Of a stretch of DNA of 64,000 nt, positions 24,875 through 38,087 are shown in pieces. The notes beneath the pieces were generated by a model. It was not told the DNA's origin. It saw only the letters and a program-made list of their open reading frames with translations, and ran no database searches. A program made the translations under genes and the position numbers. The stretch's first letter is position 1. Each line of letters begins with the position of its first letter. The DNA is from Mytilus edulis (taxonomy: Eukaryota), in the NCBI RefSeq assembly GCF_963676685.1, contig NC_092356.1, forward strand, positions 54,002,001 to 54,066,000, written 5' to 3'.

Positions 24875-27495
24875 ATTACCTCTAAAATGTCTCGAAGCAC
24901 TAATATCCTAGACCCGTAGGTGTTGGTCAACAGAGGGCAAGGGGAATACTCTTGTATATCCCTAAGTCTAAAAAAAACTATTGAAAGCTGGCTAAACTGA
25001 GACATACTCCAGGTAGGCCATTATACCAGAAGAAGAGGTAGTCAAACCCTTATAAATGGCTTATAGCACTTATGTCCTGGATCTACACGAGCTAATCAGC
25101 AACGAATTAAAAGGGGCATGAGTTTCGCCGGTATATCACGAAGTAAAAATAAACCTCATTATTGCCAGCTCTTCAAACTTAGAGATTCTCCACGTTGGCC
25201 ATTATACCAGAGGTATAGGTAGGCAGTGCCTCTTAAATGGTCCATGGGCCATGGCACTTATGTCCTCGACCCGTACGAGTTGGTCAGAAGAGGGTAAGGG
25301 GAATACTCTAGTATATCACACAGTCCACCAAAAATAGTGACGGCTGCCCAAACTAAGACATTTTTAGGTGCGCCCTTATACTAGATGTTGGAGTAGTCAT
25401 TCTCTTAAAAATGGCTCATACCACTTATGCTATAGACCCGAACGAGTTTGTCAACAATGAGTTAAAAGGGGGATGAATTAGCCCGGTATATAACGAAGTT
25501 GAAATAAACTGTTGCCCGCTGGCTAAACTAAGAAATTATCCACGCGGGTCATAATATGAGAGGTAGAGGAAGGGATTGCCTCTATAAAATGACCATGAGC
25601 ACGTATGACCTAGACCCGTACGAGTTAGTCAGCAAAGTGTAAGGTTGGTACCCTAGTATATAATAAAGTCGAACTAAACTATTGCTGGATGGCTAAGAGA
25701 TTCTCCGCGTGGGCCATGATACCAGAGGTAGAGGTTGTCATTGCCTCTAAAATGGCCTAAATCACTTATTCCCTAGAGAAGTACGCGGTATCATCAAAGG
25801 TTTTAAAAGGGAGTTGGAACCTCTGTTTACAAAGAAGTCGAAATAAATTATTGCCGGCTTGCTTAAGTACGAGATTCTCCAAGTTGGCCATTAATCCTAG
25901 GTTAAATGTGTGCATTGCCTTTTAAATGGCTGATAAAACTAACGCCCTAGACCTGTACGAGTTTGTCAGCAAAAGGTTAAAGGGGGGATGCGATGCCTCT
26001 TTTTACAACGAAAATATAAATTAAGCCGACTGGCCTAACTAAGAGATTCTATACGCGGGGTATTATATCAGAGGATGAGGTAGGCATTACCTCTACATAG
26101 CCATAACACGTATGTCCCAGACCCGTGTAAGTTAATCAGCAAAGGGTAAGGGGGGTACCTAAGTATATCACAAAGTCGAAATAAACTATTGCTGGCTGGC
26201 TAAACGAAGAGATTCTCCACATGGGCCATGATACCAGAGGTAGAAGTTGCCATAGCCTCAAAAATGGCCACTTATGCCGTAGACCCGTACCAGTGCTTCA
26301 GCAAAGTGTTAAAAGGGGGAGGTGGTATCTATGTTTACAACGAAGTCGAAATGAATTATTGCCGGCTGGCCAAACAAAGAAATTTTCAACATAGGCCATT
26401 ATAACAAAGGTAGTGGTGGACATTGCATCTAAAATGACCCATACTTCTTATTCCATTGATCTGTACGAGTTTGTCAGCAAAGGGTAAGGAGGGTAGCCTG
26501 GTATATAACAAAGTCGAAATAAACTATTGCCGGATGGCCAAAAATAAAAGATGATCCACGTTTATCATGATACCAGAGGTAAAGGTGGGCCTTGCCTTTA
26601 AAATGGTTTATAGCACTTATGCCAGCAAAAGGAAAGGAGGGTATTCTAGTATATCGCAAAGTCGTTATGAAATACTGCCGGCTGTTCAAACTACGAGATT
26701 CACCACATGGGCCATGCTACCAGAGGTATAGGTGGTCATTGCCTTTAAAATAGCCTATAGCACTTATATGGCATATACCCGTACGAGTTTGTCAGTAAAG
26801 AGCTAAAACGAGGAGGTGGTACCTCTGTTTACATTAAAGTCAAAATAACTGTAGCCGGTAGGCCAAACTCCGGGATTCTCTACGTGGATCATTATACCAG
26901 AGGTAGAGGTTTATTTCGACTTCGTTGTAAACAAAGGTAACACCTTTTATTTTTAACCCCTTGCAGGCAAAATCGTACAGGTCTTTGGAATTAGTGTTAT
27001 ATGCCATTTTAAAGGCAATTACCATATCTATCTCTGGTAAAATGGCCTACGTGGAGAACCTCTTAGTTTGGCCATCCGGCAATACTTTATTTCGACTTTG
27101 TTGTAAACAGAGGTACCATCTCCCCCTTTTGATTCATTATTGTCAAACTCGTACGGGTCTAGGGCATAAGTGCTATAAGAAATTTGTATGGCAATGCCCT
27201 CCTCTATCTCTGGTAAAATGGCCTACGTGGAGAATCTTAGTTTGGCCAGCCGGCAATTATTAAAGTGTATTTCGACTTCGTTGCAAACAGAGGTACCACC
27301 TTACCCTTTTAATTCATTGTTGTAAAACTCGTACGGGTCTTGGGCCTAAGTGATCTGTGCCTTTTTTAAGGCAATGCCTACTTCTACCTCTGGCATCATA
27401 TCCCACGTGGAGAATCTCTTGGCCAGCCGGCAATTGTTTATTTCGACTTTTTTATATACCAAGGTACTTCCCTAACCCTTTGCTGACTTACTCGC
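24875..27495. repeat. Degenerate ~172-bp satellite array with internal orientation switch at ~26910
   Basis: GACCCGTACGAG/AAGTCGAAATAAA/GAGATTCTCCACG recur every ~160-190 bp on + up to 26909, then as reverse complement to ~27495. Confidence 0.9.
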
Positions 27496-28283
27496 TGGCT
27501 TATCCCTTATTGTAAGTAAGTAAGTTCAATAAATATAAGACTATATGCCAGGTCTTTCTGACAACCAATTACAAACAAATTGGGGTTTATCTAATGAGGC
27601 TTTTCCCAGGATGCAATTGCTCGTAGACTGTATACAGTTGACCAAATAATCCACAAATTCCGCAAAAGGATCTTTTAATTATAGGCCATGTCCATTTAGA
27701 CATTAAGCAACAAAAGCCCAGCATGACCGATGCATTTGTCTTTAACATCTCCGATATTGATTCCGCGTGGCCTTCCAATTGACATGAGTGTCCATTGGTG
27801 TTCATTGTTAAACCTTTGGAGCTATATCAGTTTGTGTGGAAATTAAGAGCACGATGACCTTCCCTTGGTGATAACAACATGACCAACAACCATATCGTGT
27901 GTTACCAAAAGCCGTCAGCGATAGTCACACCGACAATTTGCTACCTTCGTGGACAAAAGCCTGGCTTTTCGCTGGATCCTAATTAACATCTAGTGTTGTC
28001 ACTACCATTTGCTGTAGAGATTTAGTTGCACAACATAACAGAAACATTCTTTGTAAATACTCTATGTTGATATTTTGACATTTGGAAGGGTTATATACCA
28101 ATTGTAGCCGAAAAATGATAATGAAACATTTCTGTTTAATATCGATCTATTGTTGGAATTGTAAATTTTCATATTCAATTTTTGTTTGTTTAAAGATGAC
28201 CATTTTAAATAAAGATTTTAATTTTTTAAAAAGCAAGTGTTAGACTTGTGCTTTTATTGCCACTCAGTTCATATAACCTGTCA

Positions 28284-29388
28284 TTTTAGTCGAGCCTGTA
28301 ACTTTTGTTGCAGAAAGCTCGACATATGAATAGTGATCCTGCGGCGGCGGCGACGGCGGCGGCGGCGTAAGTTAACTTCTGAAAAGCTTAATATTTTAGA
28401 AGGTGGAAGAATTTGATGCTTCATACTCTGTATATAGATGCCTCATGTTACGAAGTTTCTGTCAGTCACATGTCCAATGTCCTTGACCTCATTTTCATGG
28501 TTCAGTGATCACTTGAAAAAAAAGTTCAGAATTTTTGTAATGTTGAATTCTCTCTTATTATAAGTAATAGGATAACTATATTTGGTATGTGCGTACCTTG
28601 CAAGGTACTCATGCCCATCAGACAGTTTTCACTTGACCTCGACTTCATTTCGTGGACCAGTGAACAAAGGTTAGAATAAGTTTTGGTGGTCAAGTCAACA
28701 TCTCAGATACTATAAGCAACAGGGCTAGTATATTCGGTGTATGGAAGGACTGTAAGGTGTACATGTCCAACTGGCAGGTGTCATCTGACCTTGACCTCAT
28801 TTTCACGGTTCAGTGGTTATAGTTAAATTTTTCTGTCTTGGTCTGTTTTTCTCATACTTTATGCAATGAGTCTACAATATTTGTTGTATGGAATGATTGT
28901 AAGGTGTACATGTCTAGCGGGAAGATATCATCTGACCTTGACCTCATTTTCATGGTTCAGTGGTCAAAGTTCAGTTTTTGAGTTTTGGTCTTTTTATCTA
29001 ATATTATATGCCAAAGGTCACTATATTTGGTGCATGAAAATATCTTATGATCTATATATAAGTCTCCCAGGTTTTATTTGACCATGACCTCAATTTCACG
29101 GTTCATTGCACAGTGTTAAGTTTTTGTGTTTTGGTCTGTTTTTCTTAAACTATAAGTAATAGGTCAAGTATATTTGTTGTATCGAAGAATTGTTAGCTGT
29201 TCATGTCTGCCTGGTATGGTTCGTCTGACCTTTACCTCATTTTCATAATTCATTTGGTCTTTGTTTAGCTATCTTGGTTAATGTTAAGTTTATGTGGCAG
29301 TTGTAATAAATCTTTATACTTAGGGCTATCAACATAATATTAATGATGAGTAAAGTAGACGAGACATTTCAGTGTGTGCACTCTTGTT
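28284..29388 (-). mobile_element. HINE with (GGC)n microsatellite and ~150-bp internal tandem array
   Basis: GTCGAGC...GCTCGAC hairpin, GGC repeat, about six TGACCTCATTTTCATGGTTCA units, CTCTTGTT terminus. Confidence 0.85.
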
Positions 29389-29655
29389 TAAATGTGCTTA
29401 TTTATCCGAGTCCTGGACTGCATTCCAGTGGCTTTCATTCGTTTACTTTTGTGTAAATTTTATACAGATCAGTATTTTTTCAAATGTTTTACCAATATTT
29501 TAGCTGCATGTAACATCTTGAACACTCAGAACAGCAAAACAAAATTTAGATTTCAGAAATAAATAGCCTTTAGTCATCGACGAATTGCCGATGATTTCAA
29601 GAGTTGTTTCCGTTAAAGGATGATTCCTTTTTTTTTGTGCAATACTTGCTCTTTC

Positions 29656-30220
29656 GGAGGCTCGAGGGTAATTTCAGCAAAAATTTTATCATTTTTGTTT
29701 TCATTACAAATTTTATTTATTACACTATTAGTTATAACTTTATGAATTGGCTCAAAAATCAACCCAAAAAATCGAATGATTTTGGCCTCAGATTTATTTT
29801 TCAAATGTTTATATCACTGTAAAAGTTCAAAATTGTCTCCCTTTAGTGCAATAATGACATTTTGTTTTGGCATTAGAATTAAAATGTCTTTTTCAACTCA
29901 TCGGTGACCTATAGATATTTTTCAAATATGCTTTACGTAAACTAAACAGTTGTAAAATTAAATCGATTTCTGTAATTTAGTTCTTTTTTATTTCGATATA
30001 TATATCTCTCTATTTCTCCTATTAGTTCAACTAAAAAAAAAGTACCTTAACAAAAATGGTTGCTTCTTTCGAGGGCAGATTGTGAGATTAAGTGAACGAT
30101 AACCCCATGTTTTTATTTGATTTTTCTATTTAGTATATGATAAAAGTTCATCTATAGAAAAACAAGCAAAATCATACATGTATATTTAAAAAATAATGGA
30201 TTAATACCCTCCAGTCCCCT
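29656..30220. mobile_element. TIR element, TTAA-type (Kolobok-like) MITE
   Basis: GGAGGCTCGAGGGTA ... TACCCTCCAGTCCCC followed by TTAA; left TTAA not preserved. Confidence 0.5.
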
Positions 30221-30844
30221 TAACGACAAAATAAATAAATAAAACATTACGTTTAAGTATCACCTACAGTATTTTACAACCTCCATTGGTGATACATTAT
30301 ATGTATTTCTGCTGTTGTTTGATATAAGTTGTTGTCCTGAATAAACATCTTTATGCGTTTTTGCGTTTTTGCGTTTCAGTTTTTATTGTGAAATTTCTTC
30401 AATCAGCCAAGACAAACTTTAAATTTCGCCTTAACGATGTTTTCGCGAGAAATCCATGTATTATTAACGAATTACTACATTTAATCATTGTCTAGTGCCC
30501 TAAAATGAGATTTTCCGAGACGCTGGGTTTGAAATGGGATACCCTATTTAATTTAAACAATATTTGCAATCTTTTCAAAAAGATGCAGATGGGAATTTTC
30601 GTTCCTTATGAAAGTGTTCGCAAGGAGTTAAATTATAAACTCCTTATAGGATTATCAAAAAGCAACTATTAAGGACCCCCTTGGAATAAAGATCTTCCAA
30701 GACAACGTGTTCGAGAGTTTGAGTTTAATACATGACTTTTTAAAACTTCATGGACGGAGCAGGATTATCTTACTCTTTCAGTTAACCATACATCATCACA
30801 GTTGCATTTGTTCTTGTTGCTCAGATTTTAAATTTCAATGATTT

Positions 30845-31290
30845 CGTCCGAGACCACAATTGTCGTCCCTTGATTTTCGTTATTAGTCCCTAGTGATAAC
30901 AGTGGGTTACTTGCCAATAATTTTTATACCCCTTCCAAATTTATTTCTCCTTGTTTAATGCCTCACATTGTAAGTAGGGGGGGGGGTGAAATTACACTGT
31001 AAAAAAATTTGGGTCCAGAATTTTACAGGAAAGTAGTGATTTGGTCAAGCTGAAAAAGGTTAAAAATTAGCACTTCGGAAGCTGTCAAAAGATTTCAAGA
31101 CACCCTAAACACAAAATTGTCCATATTTTGAGTTAGACGCGATGAAGTTTTCTATAATTTTGATATAGTTTGTCCCAAAATTAGTACAACACACTGTAAA
31201 AGTTTCATTGAGAAAGCGCAGGTGGGATTTTTTAAATTTTCATTTATGTTCTAAAAGAAATGCACTACGAATTAATTGTGTTCTCGGACC
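30845..31290. mobile_element. MITE with 4-bp AWWT TSD (Sola1-like)
   Basis: TIRs CGTCCGAGACCACAATT / AATTGTGTTCTCGGACC; TSD ATTT at 30841-30844 and 31291-31294; inserted in a Penelope-like tail. Confidence 0.8.
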
Positions 31291-31550
31291 ATTTGTTTTG
31301 TGGACTGTTGTGTATCTTGTTGTTTTTCATTCCGCTGCGGCTTTGTTGGTTTGTTTCAACCCTTTTTAGTGTGATTATCCTTTGGTACACTTTGCCTCTC
31401 TCTTATATATGATATCGCAATAATTATATATATGTAAGCGTTCATATACATTTATATGGATACAATATTGAATTAAAATAGATATAATAATTAGATGAGT
31501 GAAAAAAAGAAAATGAAGTTATAATTGTACGTGTGAGGAGTTGGCATTCT

Positions 31551-31862
31551 TATAAAAAAGAAGATGTGGTATTATTGCAAATGAGACAACTATCCACAAA
31601 AGACCAAAATGACACAGACATTAACAGCATTAGGTCACCGTACGGCCTTCAACAATGACGAAAGCCCATACAGCATAGTCAGCTATAAAAGGCCCCGATA
31701 AGACAATGTAAAACAATTCAAACGAGAAAACTAACGGCCTTATTTATGTCAAAAAAATAAATGAAAAAACAAATATGTAACACATAAACAAACGACAACC
31801 ACTGAATTTACAGGCTCCTGACTTGGTACAGGCACATACATAAATAATGTGGCGAGGTTAAA
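31551..31862 (-). mobile_element. SINE-like repeat family A
   Basis: Reverse complement of 32625-32942; same family at 49981-50096 and 60579-60879. Confidence 0.85.
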
Positions 31863-31989
31863 GTCTTTTACACTAGAAATATTTTAGATCTTGTTATAGA
31901 GACTAATTCTTATTCATTCTGGTCGTAAGTTAGTCTGTCATCCTCAAACGTGTGAGCAATGGTGTACGTACACCAATTTGTAGAATACA

Positions 31990-32266
31990 TGGGATATTCA
32001 AAGACTTAAACGAACGTTAAGTCTCAGAGGCATGACTTTTTATTAGTTGTTAATGGCTTTGAAATAGCTGTCAGATAACTGCGAGTACTCTCAGATCTGT
32101 TCATTGTGACTTTTTGTGTCGGGATGTATAAGTACCCGGCCACGTCCACTTGTATTTGTGTCTATCTGATGAGTTAAGCCTTTTTCAACTGATTTTTATA
32201 GTTCGTTCTTATAATGTACTGTTATACCACTGTCCCAGGTTAGGGGAAGGGTTGAGATCCCGCTAA
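31990..32266 (+). mobile_element. Probable 5' part of family A repeat
   Basis: Ends ...CCAGGTTAGGGGAAGGGTTGAGATCCCGCTAA, supplying the GGGG/AGGG strands complementary to the CCCC/CCC segments of family A heads. Confidence 0.5.
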
Positions 32267-32624
32267 TTTTAAAACTGGACAAGTCAGCTCGGAAAGAAAA
32301 GTATGACCGAGCATTATATGTTTTAGTGATTATAAATTGGTAGTAGCTATTTGGTATAAACAAATAATTCACTGCTATTTGCAAGTACAAAAATATATAA
32401 TATAAATTATGACATAGACGTTTTTGCATCTGTTCTACATTCCATGGATTCAGACTGAAATTTCTGGATCATTTAATCCTTTGCTGTCAGTTTTTTTCTT
32501 TTCTCTTGGTTATGATGGCATGAAAAAACACCCTAAAGCTTGTAGAAACAAAAAACTAAGCAATTTTCAGATACTTAAAACCCAATGACACGGAATTTCA
32601 CGGTTATATGAGAATTAGTGTAAT

Positions 32625-32942
32625 ATGTTTAACTCCGGCACATTATTTAAATCTGTGCCTGTCCCAAGTCAGGAGCCTGTAATTCAGTGGTTGTCGTTTG
32701 TTTATGTGTTACATATTTGTTTTTCGTTCATTTTTTTACTTAAATAAGGCCGTTAGTTTTCTCGTTTGAATTGTTTTACATTGTCTTATCGGGGCCTTTA
32801 TAGCTGACTATGCGGTATGGGCTTTGCTCATTGTTGAAGGTCGTACGGTGACCTATAGTTGTTAATGTTTGTGTCATTTTGGTCTTTTGTGGATAGTTCA
32901 ACTTGTCTCATTGGCAATCATACCACATCTTCTTTTTTATAT
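32625..32942 (+). mobile_element. SINE-like repeat family A
   Basis: ATGTTTAAC..GCCTGTCCCAAGTCAGGAGCCT...CATACCACATCTTCTTTTTTAT. Confidence 0.85.
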
Positions 32943-33959
32943 GCTCGAAACTTTAGAATAGTTTAGAAATTTATCAAATCAAATAATCCTTGAGTGATGG
33001 TTTCGTTATTGAAATTCTAAATTGATGTTTAACCGCGCTAAATATTATATATGATAATCATACGAATAAGTCAGGGACGGAGTTTCAATCTGTAATTCAA
33101 TAGTTGTTGTTTGTTTCTGTATTTGTTTGTCGTATAGTGTTTTGTAAATCAATGGTTTTCTCGTTTGAATAGTTTTAGCATTATGTTAAATGGTGTCGGC
33201 GTTTGCTACATGTGGAAGTGCACACATTTACGACATGTTATTGCTTAAACGCACAGTTTCTTCTTCCCGCTAATAATATATAGTCACCATTTGCACTTAT
33301 ATGCGAATGGCCGGTTGACAGTCGCTCCAAAATATTTTGCAACATTTCAGTTAAAAAAAAACTTTTTTAAGTCTGGTAATATTTTCGTCATATTTCCAAC
33401 AACTTTATTTTTCTTAAACATTACAAATATTACAAATATAACAAACAAACAAACTTCATTTTTGGAACACTATCACAAAGTTTACGTAATACATGTGTAG
33501 CTATTTATTTAGATAAACTGTATTAATCCATACATTTCGGAATTATTTAGCAACTATATCCAAATGACGAGGAAGTTCGAGGTTATTCAAGTAATAAGAT
33601 TAAGGAAACTTTGGTTAACACAGCAGCATTTTCAACAAAGTAGTTTATTTTTGTTTGACAAACTCGAAAAGAGGGGGAAAAGTAATAAAATGGTTACTTA
33701 AGCATTTACTTAATTTCTATCACGAAATAAATGCGTTTAATATTTTAGATACAGATACAATATAGTGCATTCGTAAATGTAAAACACTTTTTAATAGAAA
33801 ATTTAAAAGAGATACATCAACAGTGTTTATTTTAGAATTGCTCAAGTCTGTAGGGCTTATTCCCGATTGTCCCACTTTTTTTTAAAATTAAGAGCTCATA
33901 TTGTCCCACATGAAAAGTTTTGACTGGTCCACATTATTTTATGAGGCGAAATGTTCTTA

Positions 33960-34240
33960 TCCCTTGTTAGATTGTCTCTATGGTTTTGTTTCAGATATAT
34001 AAGCCAAAATCTACATTTTATGCATGCTCTTCTTTTAGACATTGCGGCCATCTTAATTATTGGGCGGGGTCATCGGATACTTTTTTGAAACTAAATACCC
34101 TAAGGATGATTTTGGCCATGTTTGCTTTAATTTTGCCAGTAGTTTCAGAAGAGAAGATTTTTGTAAAAATTAATGACGACGACGAATAATGAGAAAATGA
34201 GAAAAGCTCACTTAGTCCTATGGTCCAGGTGAGCTAAAAA
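33960..34240 (+). mobile_element. HINE 3' fragment
   Basis: (GAC)n followed by AGCTCAC...GTGAGCT hairpin and AAAAA, abutting the modular repeat. Confidence 0.7.
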
Positions 34241-34489
34241 GCAAAACGGACAAAAAGCAACGGACAAAAAGCAAAAGTGTCGGACAAAAAGCAAAATTAT
34301 CGGACAAAAAGCAAAACGGACAAAAAGCAACGGACAAAAAGCAAACGTATCGGACAAAAAGCAAAATTATCGGACAAAAAGCAAAATGGACAAAAAGCAA
34401 CAGACAAAAAGCAAAAGTATCGGACAAAAAGCAAAATAATCGGACAAAAAGCAAAAGCGGACAAAAAGCAAATCGCGGACAAAAAGCAC
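34236..34489 (-). repeat. Inverted copy of the modular GCTTTTTGTCCG repeat
   Basis: CGGACAAAAAGC monomers; same head sequence as 24460 in opposite orientation. Confidence 0.9.
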
Positions 34490-34558
34490 AGGCGATCCCC
34501 TCTATCTGGCAAATGACGTCATAAATGCGTGGTGACGGACAGACTCGAAAGTGGTCTA
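34490..34558 (-). mobile_element. Terminus of the TIR element family seen at 45141
   Basis: Reverse complement TAGACCACTTTCGAG..CCGTCACC..TGACGTCATTT.CCAGATAGAGGGGATCGCCTG matches 45141-45233. Confidence 0.75.
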
Positions 34559-35098
34559 TTAGGTATCAATTTCGCTCTCCAACCTCTTTTATTTATCCAT
34601 CAAAGCAACTTTTCATTTCATTTTTCAATGAGAACTTCATTTGACATCTCTGTAGTATTAACCATATGAGTACCACGAGGTCAATAGTTTGTCGAGATGA
34701 AAAGTAAAAATTTGAAATTGTACGCTTTTGACGTTTGGTGTTCTGACATTTATTTCTGTAATTCTGTAAAAATCTTACTATCAACATCACGATTCTTTAG
34801 TGAACAAGAATAAACGAATGGTACATGATCACTGATTACTGTCCGGGAACCAATATTTTATTTTACTTAAAGGATGGAGTTCTTTTCCTCCAAGAATATT
34901 TTACGAGGGAAAAATACCTTGTTTTTCATATGAAATGTGAAGGGAGAAATAAGCATTAACCTGTTTTATAATAAAAGAAAAAATATAGGGTCATTGCGCT
35001 AACATTGAGGAACAATACCCCGATCAGTATATCATCAATTCCGTTGTCAATGTAAACATCAAAGTCGTCATAGACAAATAGCAATACACAGATTATCA

Positions 35099-35179
35099 TT
35101 GGTGATCTCAACTCGATTGTTTTTCTCACTTTCGCCGTACCGGCTCAAGCGAAAAAATCAATCTCGTTGAGATGACCAA
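35099..35179. mobile_element. Short palindromic MITE (Crypton-like)
   Basis: TTGGTGATCTCAAC..GATTG..TTTTCTC / GCGAAAAAATCAATC..GTTGAGATGACCAA fold back on each other. Confidence 0.6.
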
Positions 35180-37609
35180 CTATCTATAAATTTTAGTGCA
35201 ATTACCCTTTAATAATATAGTACAAAAAATGAGGTGGGAGGTACCAATGGAATTTTCAATCTCATTGGTCGATGACAAACTAACAACGCCATGGTAAAAA
35301 AAACAAACGAATAACAACCAAAACACAAAAGGGGAAAACTTAAGACCGAGCAACACGAACCATATACCATATAAGCAGGTCAACTTCTACTCCACATGAC
35401 AACGTACCAAATATTTTAGCAACGTTGAAAGCTGAATCTTGAAAAACTGTTTAAAATATATTTTTGTCACTGATGATGTCAATATTTTCATCATATTTTT
35501 GTACTAACGCAATATTTATAGATTATTTCATCATTTCCTCTTTCCATATCTGCCCTATTTAATCTTCCCGAGATCTTAATATATGTCAGAGGGCTTTATA
35601 AAATCTTTAAACATCAGGAGCCAAGTTCAAACTTTTACAACAAATTTGTCGCGGGGTTGCTATAAATTTAAATTATTACATTAATTGTCGATAAATGAGG
35701 CATGCAGTATAGAATCAGATTCCACAACAAAACGTCATCATGTCTTTCATTTGCGTACTAGTGCACACTAAAATCGTTGACGGACCACAGACTTAACTTC
35801 TCAACATACAAACGGTACAAACGTCCGGCTCGTGTTTGGAAAACACCCACAACCTCTATTCTTATATTAATTTACGCGAAAATTCAAACCCTTTCATATA
35901 TTTCATAGGAACATGACAACCCATTTATATTTTCAAGCTATCATGACATCTTATTTCAATGACATGTTTACCACAACGGATTATTAAATATTATTAGATA
36001 AGAAGATCAGAACATAGTTTTTACTGTCATATTTATAGAAAATGAACATGTATAACCCATTGGCATGTGAATTCTTATCCATTGACATGTCACCTCCGTG
36101 AAAACTGCATCCCATTGATATATTTGACATTCCAAAAAAGTTCAGTCTAATTCGAATATAGAACTCTTGATTTCGTTATACTCCATATGAAATCAAAGTT
36201 CTATATTTTATGGAGTTTAACGAAATCAGAGTTCTATACTTTAATTAGACTGAAAAAATTTACCCCTACCAGCATATATATACTGTGTATAATTTTCTAT
36301 AAGGAAGAGACAACAGCGTGGATACAGACAGTGGGAACACTGATAAAAAATGTTATCCTGCCAACAGGAGACGTTTTATTGATCCTGTCAAGATAACACT
36401 TCGCCAATTTTGTACATTTTCTTGACATATGCTTAACTGCCGGTCACTTGATATAATACAATATACAATAAGACAGAATATTGCACCATAACTTTTCGTT
36501 TTGTTCTATGGAAACTATAACGTTACTATACAATAACAACTATGTATTTGAAATGCAAAATTTGAAAGAAAAAAATCAAATATGAAGTAGTTGTTGGGCA
36601 AAGATTTTTATATACAGCCTAGGAAAACGCAAAATAATTGAAACACTAATGGAAAATGTGAGAGGCGAACATCATGTTTAGTTATATCATGTACATGTAC
36701 ATCGTTATCCTACAAAATACTTGCCGTGTAAAACGGTTTGCTCGAAATATTCTGCCCAAGTCCAAACTGGAACTCTTATTTTTCCTTGAAGAAAATGATA
36801 CAACGATACAGATCTGTCTTTCAGGTTTCTATTCAGATAATATTTATTTAGTTGTTTCTCTTTTCTATATGTTTCCTAGGTAGCATACTAAATGGCAGGT
36901 GCGTGGTAAAAATTCGGGGACCAACACGTTTCTCAACCTCTTCTGGTTGTCTTAGATATTCTAGATTTAATTCCCACATTGGTCCGTGGGAGTTATATTC
37001 TGTTTTCTGTGTCAAAAGCATGGATATTACCTCACGTACCCAATGGGCTCCTTGAAGAAAAAAATGTTAATACACATAAAAATGTTTAGTGATATATTTT
37101 TGTTAGTTGACTCCCCCACCCTTTATTTGTGTCCGAATTTGCAAATGCAATTATTTCTCCCATATTTGCTGTTTGCATTTGTTCATTTTGTTTTCCAAAT
37201 ACACTCTTTCTGATTGGTCGGATCCCATCAGAGTCCATTAGAACGTTTAGAAATAAAGGATGGATTCTTTTTCAATGTCCATCAATTTTTGGTCAATGTG
37301 TTCGATTCCCAGTATCTAAAAATAGGTTTGGCGAAAAATTGGTGTAGGCAGGGAGCGCCAAAAATTGTATTCCCATGGAAGTAAAATTAGATAATGATAA
37401 AATTTCTTGTGAGAATGATGAAGTCTTAAGGTATCTTGGATTTTGAAATAGCAGATAACAATCGGTCTTCATTTTTAATGAACTTTGAAAATTTCAAGTT
37501 GTAGTATAATTATTCATTTGTAAGACTTTTGTCTGAGTTTTGATGTTAATATAGAAAATTATGTGTTTTATCATATTTTTACGGCTGTAGTTTACAACAA
37601 CAAATAAAA

Positions 37610-37836
37610 AACAGAATACTTTTGTTTGATCCATTTATTCTACCTTGCCACACGAGGAATGTAAATTTCGCCACCCGAGGTCTAGAATGAAATTGATTGA
37701 AGTGGACAAATCTCTTGAGAAAACATATGTAAACAGAAAAGCGTTAATTTGCAAAGCAATCCGGTAAATCTGAAATAAAAACCGATTCTCAAGTTCCACG
37801 ACTATGATCACTTTATTCACATGTAAGTAATCTGTT
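37610..37836. mobile_element. Small TIR element
   Basis: AACAGAATACTT ... AAGTAATCTGTT (11/12 inverted match). Confidence 0.45.
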
Positions 37837-38087
37837 TTGTTTTTTGCAAATTAAAATCACGGAAAAATGAGGCGATCATTGTTGTTGACAAAATTTTAAA
37901 TGACGTCAGGGACCTTGTGATCTAAGGCGGATGGAATTACAGACGGACAGCACAATGATGGCTTTGAATTACACGAATTACTTTACCAGTACACTTAAAA
38001 TAATAGCAATTGAGTACAAAACAAAATAGTATTTTTATACTTTGTATTGGTAATTGATAAAAAGTCAAAGAATACAATACTAGACTA

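Noticed and set aside
27540-28030. GC-richer segment with 72-aa minus-strand ORF
   Set aside because: No recognisable motif or convincing splice sites; cannot be assigned without a homology search.
32166-32195. CTGATGAG followed by a short stem (also at ~17047)
   Set aside because: No GAAA after stem II, so the catalytic core is incomplete.
36290-36420. Possible host exon after a TTTTCTATAAG acceptor
   Set aside because: No clear donor, no recognisable protein motif and no partner exons.
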